Source: the human T2T-CHM13v2.0 reference genome, Homo sapiens. From it: a stretch of 64,000 nt of DNA. The notes below the pieces were generated by a model, which was not told the origin of the DNA, made no database searches, and saw nothing but the letters and a program-made list of their open reading frames with translations. The stretch lies in the NCBI RefSeq assembly GCF_009914755.1, contig NC_060931.1, one strand, 5' to 3'. Of the stretch, positions 40,766-53,979 are shown piece after piece. The first letter of the stretch is position 1, and every line of letters starts with the position of its first letter. A program made the position numbers and the translations under genes.

Positions 40766-42989
40766 GTAAGTATTCACATATAAATATATAAATTATATAT
40801 ATATAGATATTCAGTAAAATGAGATCATAATAGGCATCTCTTTTGAAACATTCTTACCACAGATGTAATTCTATGAATATATTTCCATGACAACCTAGAC
40901 TCATGTGGTCATTTGTAATGGATGCATGATATTATATTAAATGAATTTAACACCCTTTTCCCTTCCTCAAATGTGCATGAAGCCAAAGATGGTACTATTT
41001 TTTTTTTTTCTTTGTGCCTGTGTGTGTTTCTTGAGTGTTGGTTGCATTGAAAGCTACTCTAAAATCTATCTCTCAAAATTATATTAGCTTATATGTCAGT
41101 TTCCTGATTAACCTTAAGAAAATGTTACATTCTTAAAAAAATTCATGTTTACGTGAAATGCTCTTTCCCTATTCATATGCACATTATACTTCCACATCTA
41201 AATAAGAACATATTTTCTTCTGACACTTTGCTTAAAATCATGCAGCTCCCTCTTCCTTCTCCTGGGTCTGAGGTGAGCCCAGCTCATTTCAGAGTTAATA
41301 CCACATGGAAGACAGCTGAGGAGGAGCAGCGGTAAGAAAAGCGGCAGTGGAGGATTTCTTCATTTTTGATACTCTCTAGCTGAACAGTAATTCTGCCCTG
41401 CCTTGCCTCACAACTCTCCTGGCCTGGGAGAAGAGACATGTGTCCCTAGAAGAAATTGAATATGACTGACTGATGGGAACACAGGTGACTCCTTCTTATA
41501 AACCATGAAACAAATTTGCGCTTTTTATTTTCTTATAGTTAAGAGAAAACCTTATATAAATTGGCATGTGAATTACAAGAACATGGCAGGGCATGAAATT
41601 TCTTGAAGAAAAATTCTTTCTTTTGTCTTGTAACACATTATGAATTTTTTTAAAGAAAGTAAAGGTGGATATATTTTAAACTCTGATTATTATATATTCG
41701 GTATTGCTATTTACTGAGACACTAATATCTATTTTGTCTATTTGTTGAAATTTGGGTATTCTATTGGCAGTGGAAAAACATGCACCAAGAACTTATAAAC
41801 TAAAAATGCCAAATTGCCAATTATTAAAGAAGAACTCTCTGTTGGAGTGATAGGAGCAATCTAGGAAAAGTGTATGCTTAATATGCATACATCTTCACAT
41901 ATATATACATACCTATACGTGCATGTATACATATATGTGTGTAGATAGATCTAGCTTACATAGCTAGTATTAGGACTAGAAAAAGGTTGACAAAATTTTC
42001 AATCATTAAAGATTTCATAAAGCCCCAACCCCAAGTAGAACATTTTGTGTCCTAATTGAAGTTATTCTTAAAAACTATGACTGCTCATTTACATATGAAA
42101 TTAAGTATTTTACATATCAGTTGAACTACTTTTGTGAGAACTTTAATGAGGAGCAAAAATGATATTTATTCTCTAGGAAATCTTGATTGGCATTTTAGGT
42201 TATAGAGTATCAAACACATATTTCAATGTATTTGAGAATTTATGGCCTGTCTCAAGTCCATATAGAGACTGATGAATAGTATGGTAATTATTTAACTGAG
42301 AAGGCATTTGTTTTATTTTTTATATTAGAATATCTTAAAAGTGTCTTAAATTGTTTCATCCTAGTGAGTGTGGATGTGGATTTAAATATGAGCTAAAAGC
42401 CGAAGTCTTTAAATTCCCAATAGAAAATTTAAATCTTAGATTCCTAAGTCCAAACACAATAAATAAAAGTTACCAGGCACAAGAGTTTTATGCCAGTCAA
42501 ACTTAAAAATAATATTCATATAAAGCAATCCAGAGTGTGGAGGCTCTGGATTGGTTTTCAAATAAGGAGGAATCATACAAAGTTGCAGCTTGAGGTACAA
42601 GTAGATTTTGTACAAACTCAATTTTTTCCCTGCACTATTTGGCACACACTGCAGTTTGCTCTTTTAAGTCAACTTTTTCTCAATTCTGATAATGACAAAG
42701 TATCATCTTTTTATAACGTATTTTCTGCTGAGTACAGTTTTTAATATTTCAGAGAAAAAGATATTACTGATGCAGAATGTTCATTTGCACTGGGAAAATG
42801 GACAAGGACTTTATGAAAAGTTGATTCAAATCTAGGGCTTGCACAGTGCCCAAGCTTTTTGAATATTTATATTTTTGGCTATACCAATGGCAAGACAAAC
42901 ATTATAAAATGAAAGATTTTACAAGGAAAAGAAGAAAACTTGTGTGCATGCGATGAGAACTTAGAATGGAATAGGAAAACCTAGATTGT

Positions 42990-43600
42990 AGTGTGTGCAA
43001 GAAAGAGTAAACTGGGCAGGTCTAGATGCTCAAACCCTAAACACTTTTAAGAAAGCCCTGTTTTCTGAACTGGATTTTGGTTGGCTCCAAGGGACCAAGC
43101 TGTTGGAAAATCCTGTCTGATAAGAGTGTTTTGGCATGCCTGAAACCTTGAGCCACACTCTTCCCATTTGTCCAGATAAATTATGGTAAAACTGTGATTT
43201 AGGATGAACATCTGCTTTTTCTATGGGGGTTTGAAGCTCGAGTAACTGAAGTCAATCACACAGGAACTATAGCCCTGTAAAGCTAACTCTCAATGAAAAC
43301 CCTAAACACTAAGGCTCACCTGAGCCTCCCTGGTGGGCAGAATTTTGCATGTGTTGTCTCACATCATTGTTGGAAGACTTAAGCACATCCCATGCTTCTC
43401 TCCTTGGAAGGAGCACTTGAAAGCTTAGACCTGATTTCCTCCAGACTCCACCCCATGCCCACCATATGCCTTTTCCCTTTGCTAATTTTGCCCTCCATCA
43501 TTTTCCTGTCATAAACTACAACCATGAATATAACAATTTCGAAGTCTTATTAGTCCGTCTGATGAATCCCTGATCCTCAGGGTACTGGGGACACCGCATG
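42990..43600 (+). mobile_element. MER77/MER68/MER21-group ERVL LTR
   Basis: TGTGCAAGAAAGAGTAAAC start; TGATAAGAGTGTTTTGGCATGCCTG; TGAGCCTCCCTGGT; TTTTCCCTTTGCTAATTTTG; CAACCATGAATATAAC. Confidence 0.7.
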
Positions 43601-45134
43601 AAGGGTGTATAGAGTTTCTCTGCTCAGTTCCCTTGGGCCCCTCTCCATGAATCTTACAATTGTTTCTCCCATTAAAAGTGTTTTTTAAAATCTTGGAGGA
43701 GTGAAAATTGTGGATAAGAGGAAGGGTTAAGTTGCAGCTCCCACTGGGACAGACAGAGCAGCGTGTGGAGACACACATCATGAATGTTTGCTCCAAGAAC
43801 TACTGCAGAAACATACCAGGAAAGCTGAGAGAATCCACAGACCCTCTGAAGGAAGTGGATTGCTCCTGCAGGACCCAGAAAGCAGCTCAAATACTGTGAG
43901 TGCCCAAACTGTGAAAATGGGAAATGGAGATCATCCACACTCTCACTGGGGAACCTGAAGGTCTGGATCACATGAGAAGATTCTGACCTTACCTGGAACT
44001 GGGTCATTTAGAAAGCTGAGTGAAATACAGGGGTAGAAGAAGCAGCAGGAAAAGCCCTGTCAGCTCCTTGGGCCCCAGGGAAGCCATTCCTGATTTGTCT
44101 CACAGGGGTCCTTGGGGAGGGCTGCCAGAAGAACTGGAAAAAGACCACAGTGAGAAGGAAACATCCAGCTAAACTTTGTAACAATTCCAACCAACTGTGA
44201 CATCTCCTAGTCAGAACTCTGAGGAGGGCACGAATCCAGTGTGCAGACTCAACAGGCATGAAGGTGCAAAAGCCTTGCTTGCTTTCTCAGCGGGGACTCT
44301 GGTGGCCTGGGGCAAGTTCTTAGCCTCACTAACCCACCGTCTGGAAGCAAATTCCTTGCTATTAGGTGGGGTGCGGGGGGGCATGGTGGGAGTGAGACCA
44401 GCCTTTTGGGTTGCATAGGAGCTGGTTGAGGCCTGTAGCTGCCGGCTTTCTCCGACTTCCCTGACAAGCTGCATGACACAGCAGAGGCAGCCATAATTCT
44501 CCTGGGAACATAACTCCATTGACTTTGGAACCACAACTGCATCCCCCACAGCAGCTGTAGCAAACCCTGCCCAATGAGAGTCTGAGCTCAGACACGCCTA
44601 ACCCTGCCTCCACCTGATGGTTCTTCCTTACCCACCCTGGGAGCTAAAGACAAAGGTCATATTCTCTTGGGCGTTCTAGGGCCCTGCCCACCCTCTGATT
44701 CTCCCTATACTACCACAGCTGATGCCCTCTTGAAAGCACCACCTTCTGACAGGAGGTCAACCATCACAAAACTAGCGCATCAAACATCTACAGGACCCTC
44801 ACAGAGTCTATTTCACTCCCCTGCCACCTCCACTGGAGCAGGGGCTGGTATACATGGCTGAGAGATCTGAAGATGCTTCACATCACAGGATTCTGTGCAG
44901 GCACCAGTACCATCCCCGAGCCTGGTAGCTCTGATGGGTGGCTAGATCCAGAAGAGAAATAACAATCACTGCAACTTGGCTCTCAGGAAACCACATCCCC
45001 AGGAAAAGGAAGAGAGTACTACATCAAGGGAACACCCCATGGGACAAAAAATCTGAACAGAAGCCTTGAGCCCCAGATCTTCCCTCTGACATAGCCTACC
45101 CAATGAGATCTTCCCTCTGACATAGCCTACCCAA

Positions 45135-46150
45135 ATGAGAAGGAAACAGAAAAACAATTCTGGTAAAATTATGAAACAAGGTTTTTTAACAACCCCCCAA
45201 AAAATCACACTAGCTCACCAGGAATGGATCCAAACCAAGAAGAAATTCCTGAATTGTCTGAAAAATAATTCAGAAGATTGAGTGTTAAGCTAATCAAGGA
45301 GGCACCAGAGAAAGGTGAAGTCCATCTTAAGATAATCTAAAAAAAAAGATACAACATATGAAGGGAGAAATCTTCAGTGAAATAGATAGCATAAACAAAA
45401 AACCATCACAACTTCAAGAAATAAAGGACACAGAGAAATGCAAAATGTACTGGAAAGTCTCAGCAATAAAATCAAACAAGCAGAAGAAAGAACTTTAGAG
45501 CTCAAAGACAAGGATTTCTAATTAACACAATCCAACAAAGACAAAGAAAAAGGAATTTAAAAAAATGAACAAAGCCTCCAAGAAGATTGGGGGTATGTTA
45601 AATGACCAAACCTAAGAATAATCGGTATTCCTGAGGAAGAAGGTCATTCTAAAAGTTTGGAAAACATATTCACGGGAATAATCAAGGAAAACTTCTCTGG
45701 CCTTGCTAGAGACCTAGACATTCAAATACAAAAAGCTCAAAGAATACCTGGGAAATTCATCGCAAAAAGATCATTGCCTAGGTATGTTGTCATCAGGTTA
45801 TCTAAAGTCAAGATGAAGGAAATAATCTTCAAAGTTGTGAGGCAAAAGCACCAGGTAACCTATTAAGGAAAATCTATCAGATTAACAGCGGATTTCTCAG
45901 TAGAAACCCTACAAGCAAGAAGGGATTGGGGCCCTATCTTCAGCCTCCTTAAACAAAACAATTATCAGCCAAGAATTTTGTATCCAGTGAAACTAAGCTT
46001 TATAAATGAAGAAAAGATACAGTCTTTTTCAGACAAACAAGTGCTGAGAGAATTCACCACTACCAAGCCAACACTACAAGAACTGCTAAAAAGAGCTCTA
46101 AATCTTGAAACAAACCCTGGAAACACATCAAACAGAACCTCTTTAAAGCA
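45135..46150 (+). pseudogene. L1 ORF1p remnant
   Basis: ATG at 45135 (MRRKQKNNSG); fragments ENIFTGIIKENFSGLARDLDIQIQKAQRIP and YPVKLSFINEEKIQSFSDKQVLREFTTTKPTLQELLK; multiple stops. Confidence 0.9.
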
Positions 46151-46220
46151 TAAATCTCACAGGACCTATAAAAGAAAAATACAATAAATAAGTAACCAAG
46201 GTATACAGGCAACAAATAAC

Positions 46221-48480
46221 ATGAAGAATGGAATAGTTCCTCACATGTCAATACTAACGTTGAATGTAAATGGTCTAAGTGCTCCACTTAAAAGATACAG
46301 AATTTCAGAATGGATAAGAATTCACCAAACAAGTATCTGTTGCCTTCAAAAAACTCACGTAACACAGAAGGACTCACACAAACTTAAGGTAAAAGTGTGG
46401 AAAAAGATATTTCATTTATCTTTTGTAATTTTTTTTCTGTTTCAAATTCATTTAGTTCTGATTTGTTCTTGATTATTTATTTTCTTCTGCTGGGTTTGGG
46501 TTTGGTTTGTTCTTGTTTCTCTGGTTCCTTGAGGTGTGACCTTAGATTGTCTATTTGTGCTTTTTTAAACTTTTTGATGTAGGTATTTAAGGCTATGAAC
46601 TTCCCTCTTATCACCACCTTTGCCATATCCCACAGGTTTTGATAGATTGTGTCATTAATGTCGTTAAGCTCAAATAACTTTTAAATTTCCATCTTGATTT
46701 CATTGCTGACCCAATGATCATTCAGGAGCAGGAGAACTGGAACAAGACAAGGATGCCCACTCTCATCACTTCTATTCAACATAGTACTCAAAGTCCTAGC
46801 CAGACCAATCAGACAATAGAAAGAAAGAAAGGGCATCCAAATCTGTAAAGAGGAAGTCAAACGGTTGCTGTTTGCTGTGATATGATTTTATACCTAGAAA
46901 ACCCTAAAAACTCCTCCAAAAAGCTCCCAAAACTGATAAATAAATTCAGCAAAGTCTCAGGATACAAAATTAATGTACAAAAATCAGTAGCTCTGCTATA
47001 CACCACCAATGACCAAACTGAGAATCAAATTAAGCACTTAACATCATTTACAATTGCTGCAAAGAAAGTAAAATACCTAGGAATATACCTAAACATGGAG
47101 GTGAAAGACCTCTATAAAGGAAACTACAAAACACTGCTGAAAGAAATCATAGATGACACAAACAAATGGAAACACGTCCCAAGCTCATGGACGAGTATAA
47201 TCAATATTGCGAAAATTACCATACTGCCAAAAACAATCTACAAATTCAGTGGAATTACCATCAAATTACCACCATCATTCTTCACAGAACTAGAAAAAAT
47301 AATCCTAAAATTAATATGGAACCATAAAATAACCAAAGGAAGACTAACCAAAAGTCCTTTTGCATAACCTATCCTTTGGCATAGCTAAAGGAAGACTAAC
47401 CAAAAAAGTAAATCTGGAGGCATCACATTACCTGATTTCAAATTACACTGTAAGGCCATAGTCATCAAACAGCATGGTACTGGAGTAAAAATAAGTACAT
47501 AGACCAGTGGAACAGAATAGAGCACCCAGAAATAAACCCAAATACTTAGAGCCAACTGATCTTCAACAAAACAAACAAAAGCATAAAGTGGGGAAAGGAC
47601 ACCTTATTCAACAAATGGTGCTGGGCTAATTGGTAACCAACATGTAGGAGAAAGAAACTGGATCCTCATCTCTCACCTTATACAGAAATCAACTCAAGAT
47701 AAATCAAAGACTCAAATCTAAGACCTGAAACTATAAAAATTCTAGAATGTAACATAGGAAGAACCCTTCTAGACACTGACATAGGCAAAGCCTTCATGAC
47801 CACAAACCCAAAAGCAAATGCAACACAAACAAAGGTGAATAGGTGGGTTTTAATTGAACCAAAGAGCTTCTGCACCGCAAAAGGAATAGTCAGGAGAATA
47901 AATAGCTCAGAGAGTGGGAGAAAATCTTCACAATCTATACACCTGACAAAGGACTAATATCCAGAATCTACAAGGAGCTCAAACAAATTAGCAAGAAAAG
48001 AACAATCCCATCAAAAACTGGGCTAAGGACATGAGAAGACAACTCTCAAAAGAATATATACAAATGGCCAACAAACATATGAAAAAAATGCTCACCATCA
48101 CTAATGATCAAGGAAATGCAAATCAAAACCACAATGCAATGCCACCTCACTCCTGCAAGAATGGCCATAATAAAAAAGTCAAAAGATAATAGATATTGGT
48201 GTGGATGCAGTGAAAAGGGAACACTTCTACACTGCTGGTGGGAATATAACTGGTAAAACCACTATGGAAAACAGTGTGGAGATTCCTTAAAGAACTAAAA
48301 GTAGAACTACCATTTATTCCAGCATTCCCACTACTGGGTATCTACCTAGAGGAAAGAAGTCATTATAAGAAAAAGATACTTGCACACTCATGTTTATAGC
48401 ACCACAATTCACAATTGCAAAAGTATGCAACCAACCCAAGTGCCCATCAATCAATGAGTGGATAAAGAAACTGTTATACA
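46221..48480 (+). pseudogene. L1 ORF2p remnant (endonuclease start, inverted linker, RT C-terminal half, C-terminal domain)
   Basis: SILTLNVNGLSAPLKR endonuclease start; [12 protein letters not shown] motif at 46736; FADD motif frameshifted (TTTGCTGTGATATG, 46871); 161-aa ORF 46882-47367 is RT sequence. Confidence 0.9.
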
Positions 48481-48546
48481 TATATATACACACACACACA
48501 CACATACACACACACACACGTACACACACACACACACACACACACA
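48476..48546. repeat. (TA)n(CA)n microsatellite inside the L1PB 3' end
   Basis: Directly visible. Confidence 0.95.
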
Positions 48547-49737
48547 AAAGGAATACTACTCAGCCATAAAAAGGAATAAATTAATGGCATTCCTAGCAAC
48601 CTGGATGGAATTGGAGACTACTATTCGAAATGAAGCAACTCAGGAATGGAAAACCAAACATCACATGTTCTCACTCATAAGTGGGAGCTAAACTATGATG
48701 ATGCAAATGCATAAGAATGATACAATTGACTTTGGGGACTTGGGGTAAGACGGGGTTGCAGGTGAGAGATAAAAGACTACAACTTAGTTTCAGTGTATAC
48801 TGCTCGGGTGATGGGTGCACCAAAATCTCACAAATCACCACTAAAGAACTTACTCATGTAACCAAATACCACCTGTTCCCCCAAAACCTATGGAAATAAA
48901 AAAATCAAAGAATAAACAAATAACAAAATAAAATGCCACAAAGCTACAAAAGAGAAAAAAGTCTTTTTAAAAACCTTGAGCTTTTTCCTTTTTTTGCATA
49001 GGTTCTTATGACTACTACAGGGTCATAAGAATCAAAAGGAAATACCCAGAGCTGGCTAAAAGGCGCTGAAAATAGTGCTACCATACTCTTTGCATGGAAC
49101 TCTAAACTGTTAATTTTTTTTAAGAAATTGGTTTAAAAAATTATAGTTTCAACAAGAATTAATAATAGTGAAAGCTACCTACAACTTGCTCTTTATTGCA
49201 TATTATTTTTAAATTAAGGACAAACAATACAAAACTTTATGTGGTAACTGAAATGTTATATCTCTTTGCTAATGACTTGTCTCATTCAGTTTAGGGGGAA
49301 ATTGAACACCTTTTTATATTTTTAAAACATTTAATGCTTTTTTTCTGTCAATTGCCTATTCACATTTTATGCCCTATCTGTTCATTGCTATTCTACTTAT
49401 TAATATTAGAAAAAATTCTTTATATATAAAGAAATTTTATAATTTTCCACAAATGTCAAAAATTATTTTCCTAAATGTCATTTGCATTTGAATTTAATTT
49501 TTTAAAAAATACAATACAGAAATGTTTTACTTTCATTTCTATAATATGATTTTATTTATCTATGGTTTATGTAGTTTATATGTCTTAACACCTTTATAAT
49601 AAAGTCTTCCATATATACAATATCTCAATTATTCTAAAAGTTTCACTTATAGTTTGGATATGGCACTTCTGAAATATAATTAGGTATAAAAAAGGAATAA
49701 GATTCTGATTATTTTCTTTATTTTTATAATTTTATAT

Positions 49738-51730
49738 TAAATGGACAAATTCTTTGAAAGGCACAAACTACCAGTGTACAGTCATGAAACAAAAAACCTG
49801 AATAGTTTCTCTATATATTAAATAAGTTGAATTTGTGATTGAACACTTTCCAGCAAAGAAAAGTTCAGGTAGCTTTATTGGCAAAGTTAACAAAATTTTA
49901 AAGGAATAAATGATATCAATTATGCACAGTCCTCCAAAATATTAAAGATGAGGGTTTGTTTCCTAATTTATTCACTGGAGGCAACATTGCTGATGAAATC
50001 AACCAACACACACACACACACAAAGATACTGCCAGATAGTAAATGTAGTCATAAATATCCCTTATAAAAAAAAAACAATGAAATATTAACAGATCACTTC
50101 TAGCAATATATAAAGAGAATAGTATACTGTATTCAACTGGAGTTTATCCCAGCAATGCAAAGTGGGTTAAACATTCAAAATAGCTAGAGGAGAAGAACTG
50201 TAATGCTCCCAACACAAAGAAAAGGTAAATGTTTGAGGTGATGTATATCCCAATTACTCTGACTTGATCATTATATATTGCATATAAGTATCAATATATC
50301 ACATGTACCCCAATATATGTATAACTATGATATATTAATAAAAATACACAAAAATAAAAATAAAATCAAAAAATTCACACACAAAAAGTGCAAACCATGC
50401 ATTATTTTAATAAAAATTTGTTAAATAAAACCATAAAAGGAACTGTGAATTAATTTCATTATATCAAAACTTTTACAATCTGTACAAAAGAGAGTAGCAT
50501 GAGGACAAAAGCAATTCGCAAGCTGGAAGAAGTGTTTTCAGCATATATTAATAACAAGAAACTATTATACAGAGTGTATAACAAACCCCTACAAATATAA
50601 AATAAATAAACAGAATAATGGGCAAAGGATATAACATAGCAACTCTTAGAAGAGAAGATGCAAGTAAGTAATTATTAAAGATTAAAATCAACACAACCTC
50701 ACTAGTTATCTGGAAATATAATTAAAACAAGGAGCTATTATTTCATGCCATCCAGTCAGGGAAAACCAAAGGGTCTTGAAATGTCAAGTCTTGGAGAGGA
50801 AGTAGGGAAACAGAAACTCACAGAAGTTGCTGCTTGATGCATAGAAATTCAAGAAGAATTTGGCAATATCTAGTATATTGGACAAAACCTACAGACTACA
50901 CCAATCTCTTCCTTAGTATCTTTAGGTGCAAATGTGAGAAAATGCATGACTAGGTGCACAAGAGTACATGCTTAAAGGTAATCAAAGTGTCCCTATAACA
51001 GTTCAAATTTGAAACAACTAATATGTGCATAGTCATACAAGTAAATAAATGAATTCTGGTTTATTTTGAAAAAGAAAATAAATGTCAATTGATGCAATTG
51101 CCCATATATACAGACTAAAGAAGGAATCCACAGGACCATCCTAATGGATAGAGATAAAACATTCTTAAAAATTCACCATATAGTCAGAACAAAAATGTCA
51201 GGAAACTATAGATAAAGAGAATGTCATCAAACTGAAAAAGGGCGCCTACCAAAAAACAACTCACATTATATACTGTGGTTAAAGCCTGAGTTATTTTCCC
51301 CTCAGAATGTAAACCATCAAGGATGTACACCATCGCCATTCCAACTAAATTCAAGGTCCTAGCTTGTATAGGAAGGCAAAAAAGAGAAATAGGAAGTATA
51401 TAGGTAAGAAAGGAAGAAATACAACTGCCTCTGCTCACAGATGACACAATTATTTACATAGCTAATTAAAAAAATGTCAGACTCATACTACAGAGTTCAG
51501 CTTATGAGATATTCTGGAGAAATTAAAACTACTTAGATGAAACACAGATTAGTTGTGCCTAGGAGTTGGGAGTGAGAAGAAGGTTTGACAACCAAGTTGT
51601 ATGAGCAAAGATATTAGGGTGGTGAGTCTTGTCTCTCTGGCAACTACACAACAATATATATTTGTTAAAACTCATAGAGCTGGGCACCAAAGAGGAGATT
51701 TTACTGTATGAAAATTATATCTGAATTTTA
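49738..51730 (+). mobile_element. Nested cluster of old L1M fragments (ORF2 pieces at about 49738-50180 and 51070-51480; L1MA 3' end at about 50181-50370; other L1M 3' pieces)
   Basis: AAATGGACAAATTCTTTGAAAGGCACAAACTACCA (ORF2); AACACAAAGAAAAGGTAAATGTTTGAGGTGATG (L1MA tail); CTGCTCACAGATGACACAAT (degenerate FADD region). Confidence 0.7.
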
Positions 51731-52336
51731 AAAACATTTTAGTTTACCTAATAGCACATTTCTCTCTGATTATATTTCTCATTGTAGACTGAATTATTGT
51801 GTTATTTGTATCTGTTCTATTCCTATGATCAGTTTCTCAAATAACAGGCTAATCATAAGGTATTTTTCTTACAGCAATTTTTAATACATGTTAACAAATG
51901 ATGATAGTACTCTGTCATTACTTAACTTTTTTTTCAGAATGTTTTTGGATATTGTCAAACATTTAAATCTCTATACGATCTTTTAAAAATTATCAATATA
52001 AAGAATATCTGCTGTCACTTATTAAAAATAATTAAATTTTTAGATTGTCATATCTATAGAGAAATATGACAGCTCTACCATGTTGTCTTTGTATCAATAA
52101 AAAATCTGCATTTATAATGATGTCTATGCATCCAAAAAATATATCTGTATATATGATTATTTTAAATACACACTTTGCTCAAATACATACTTTACAAATA
52201 CATACTTTGCTCAAGAGAATAAAGTTTTCTTCATTAAATTCACCGAATTTAGATCGTTTGAGTAGATACAAATTTAGGTATTATGTTATAAATTTTCCTT
52301 TTGTTCCATATTTTATAAAACTTTAACCTATGAATG

Positions 52337-52820
52337 CCATGCTGAAACCAGAATTCAAAATGATGGTAACGGAGTGGTGCCAAGGCCCTAAGCTTTGTTC
52401 ACACTCTCATATAAGTGACAACTTGACCAAAAGAGGGGAATTGTTAAACAAAATTATGGGAGGCCATTGTTTTAGATTAAGCTCATGCACTAGTTCCCAA
52501 CAGACAAGACCAAACCAAAACGGAGTCACATGTAAATGTGACATACTCAACTAAAACATTAAGGAAATGGATAGATTTCAAAACAGATAAGTTTTTTTTC
52601 TCTTCTCAAAATAGGAGAATCCAGAACAAGGAAGTCCCATCTACTATAACCCCCTAAAAAAATAACCTAAAGATCTTGTTTCCACCTCCTCAAACCCACT
52701 TTTTTGCTATTTCCCAGTAGGATTTGAGACTGAATAAGTACATTACGATGATGACAGAGAGATATATGTTCCTCACATTTTGGTTTCTCAAATTGGAGAA
52801 GATAACCAAAAAGATGAAAT
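52337..52820 (+). mobile_element. MER4-group ERV1 internal 3' end (MER57-int-like)
   Basis: Ends in a purine tract (GATAACCAAAAAGATGAAAT) directly abutting the LTR; contains AAAATTATGGGAGGCCATTGTTTT...CCCAACAGACAAGACCAAACCAAAACGGAGTCAC. Confidence 0.65.
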
Positions 52821-53222
52821 TGTTCAATTAAGTTTAGCCCAGAGCTATCCCTTATATATTTTAAGTTCGACCTGAAGGTTTCTTTGTACATAATCAACCA
52901 TAACCTAACTGAAGGTGTAAACAGACTGTAGTCTACTCTTGTGCCAATCACTGAGTTTCAGCCAATCAAGAGTGGCCAACTTTTCAAACCTTATTCAAAT
53001 AAGGCAAACACCAAGCTCTAACCAGTCCAGCAGTTTCTGTACCTCAGCTTCATTTTCTGTTCAACACGTTCCTTTGTCTGTCCTTAAATCTTCTTCCATC
53101 ATGCAGCTGCACTGGTGTCTCTCTAGACCTACTTTGGCTTGGGAGGCTGCCTGATTCACCTGTCATTCTTTGCTCAGTTAAACTATGTTAAATTTAATTT
53201 GTGTAAGGTTGTTCTTTTAACA
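52821..53222 (+). mobile_element. MER57-type ERV1 LTR
   Basis: TGTTCAATTAAGTTTAGCC...GCCAATCA twice...CAAATAAGGCAAAC...TTCTTTTAACA, with TG...CA termini. Confidence 0.85.
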
Positions 53223-53526
53223 CTCTCAAACTCTTCCACACTGATCCTCCAGCCGTTTGTCAAAAACAATTGAGTTTTTCTTCCACAATACCGGTGCCCA
53301 TGGAGGTTTCTTTCTGTGGGTTCAGCTGCTCTGGGAAGTTGTTATTCTATGTTTCTACCTGTCTGTTTCTGCAATGTGGGGGGCAGTGATGTGCCCTGCT
53401 ATCTCCATTCTCTCATGGATGTAAGAAGGGTTGTTGATTTTCAGTTTGTTCAAGTTTTCTCTTGTTATGTAGACAAGAGTAATGTTTTCCAAGCTTGTTA
53501 CATGATGGACTGGGAACTAAAAGTCT
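53223..53526 (-). mobile_element. L1MC/MD-like extreme 5' end
   Basis: AAGAAGGGTTGTTGATTTTCAGTTTGTTCAAGTTTTCTCTTGTT...TTCCAAGCTTGTTACATG, antisense L1M 5' terminus motif. Confidence 0.65.
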
Positions 53527-53979
53527 AACTTGTTTTATTAAGACAACTTTATTAATACATATTTATGTACAATAAGCTGTACATATTTGTGTGTAAATGA
53601 ATGCAAAAAAACTTTATCCATTCCATTACTGTTTCCTGAAAGTATGGTCTTGCTTTATAAATTTCTAATTTTAGTCTTTTCTCTTTCAGATATATCCTAT
53701 CAAGGCTACTTATTTTATGGGATTCCTAAATTCTCAACTATTGGATTTGGTAAACATTGCTACATTATAATTTAAAATGGAATATTACTCCATGGAAATT
53801 TGAGAAAATCCTGTTTTTCCCACTCAAAGTTACTTTTTAAATGGATCTCTAATTTCTTTTTCTGTCTTATTTTATTATCATTATTTTTAAAATCTTACAC
53901 TAATCACCAGGATATATCTTATCCTTGATACTTCAGGAATGAGAATATACACTGACTACAGATTATCTTTTTAGGAAAC

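Larger units (their letters stand above)
43696..48956 (+). mobile_element. L1PB (L1PB1-like) LINE-1 with intact ends, internally rearranged
   Basis: L1PBa-type 5' UTR (GCAGCTCCCACTGGGACAGACAGAGCAGCGTGTGGAGAC), ORF1/ORF2 remnants, L1PB1-type 3' UTR ending CCCCAAAACCTATGGAAATAAA; about 22-bp degenerate TSD AAAAGTGTTTTTTAAAATCTTG / AAAAGTCTTTTTAAAAACCTTG at a TT/AAAA site. Confidence 0.93.

Noticed and set aside
41880-41950. Imperfect palindrome in alternating purine-pyrimidine sequence
   Set aside because: Self-complementarity is a trivial result of (TA/CA/TG)n low complexity.
46882-47367. Longest ORF (161 aa) as a functional reverse transcriptase
   Set aside because: L1 ORF2 fragment; the FADD catalytic motif just upstream is frameshifted and much of the RT N-terminal half is deleted.
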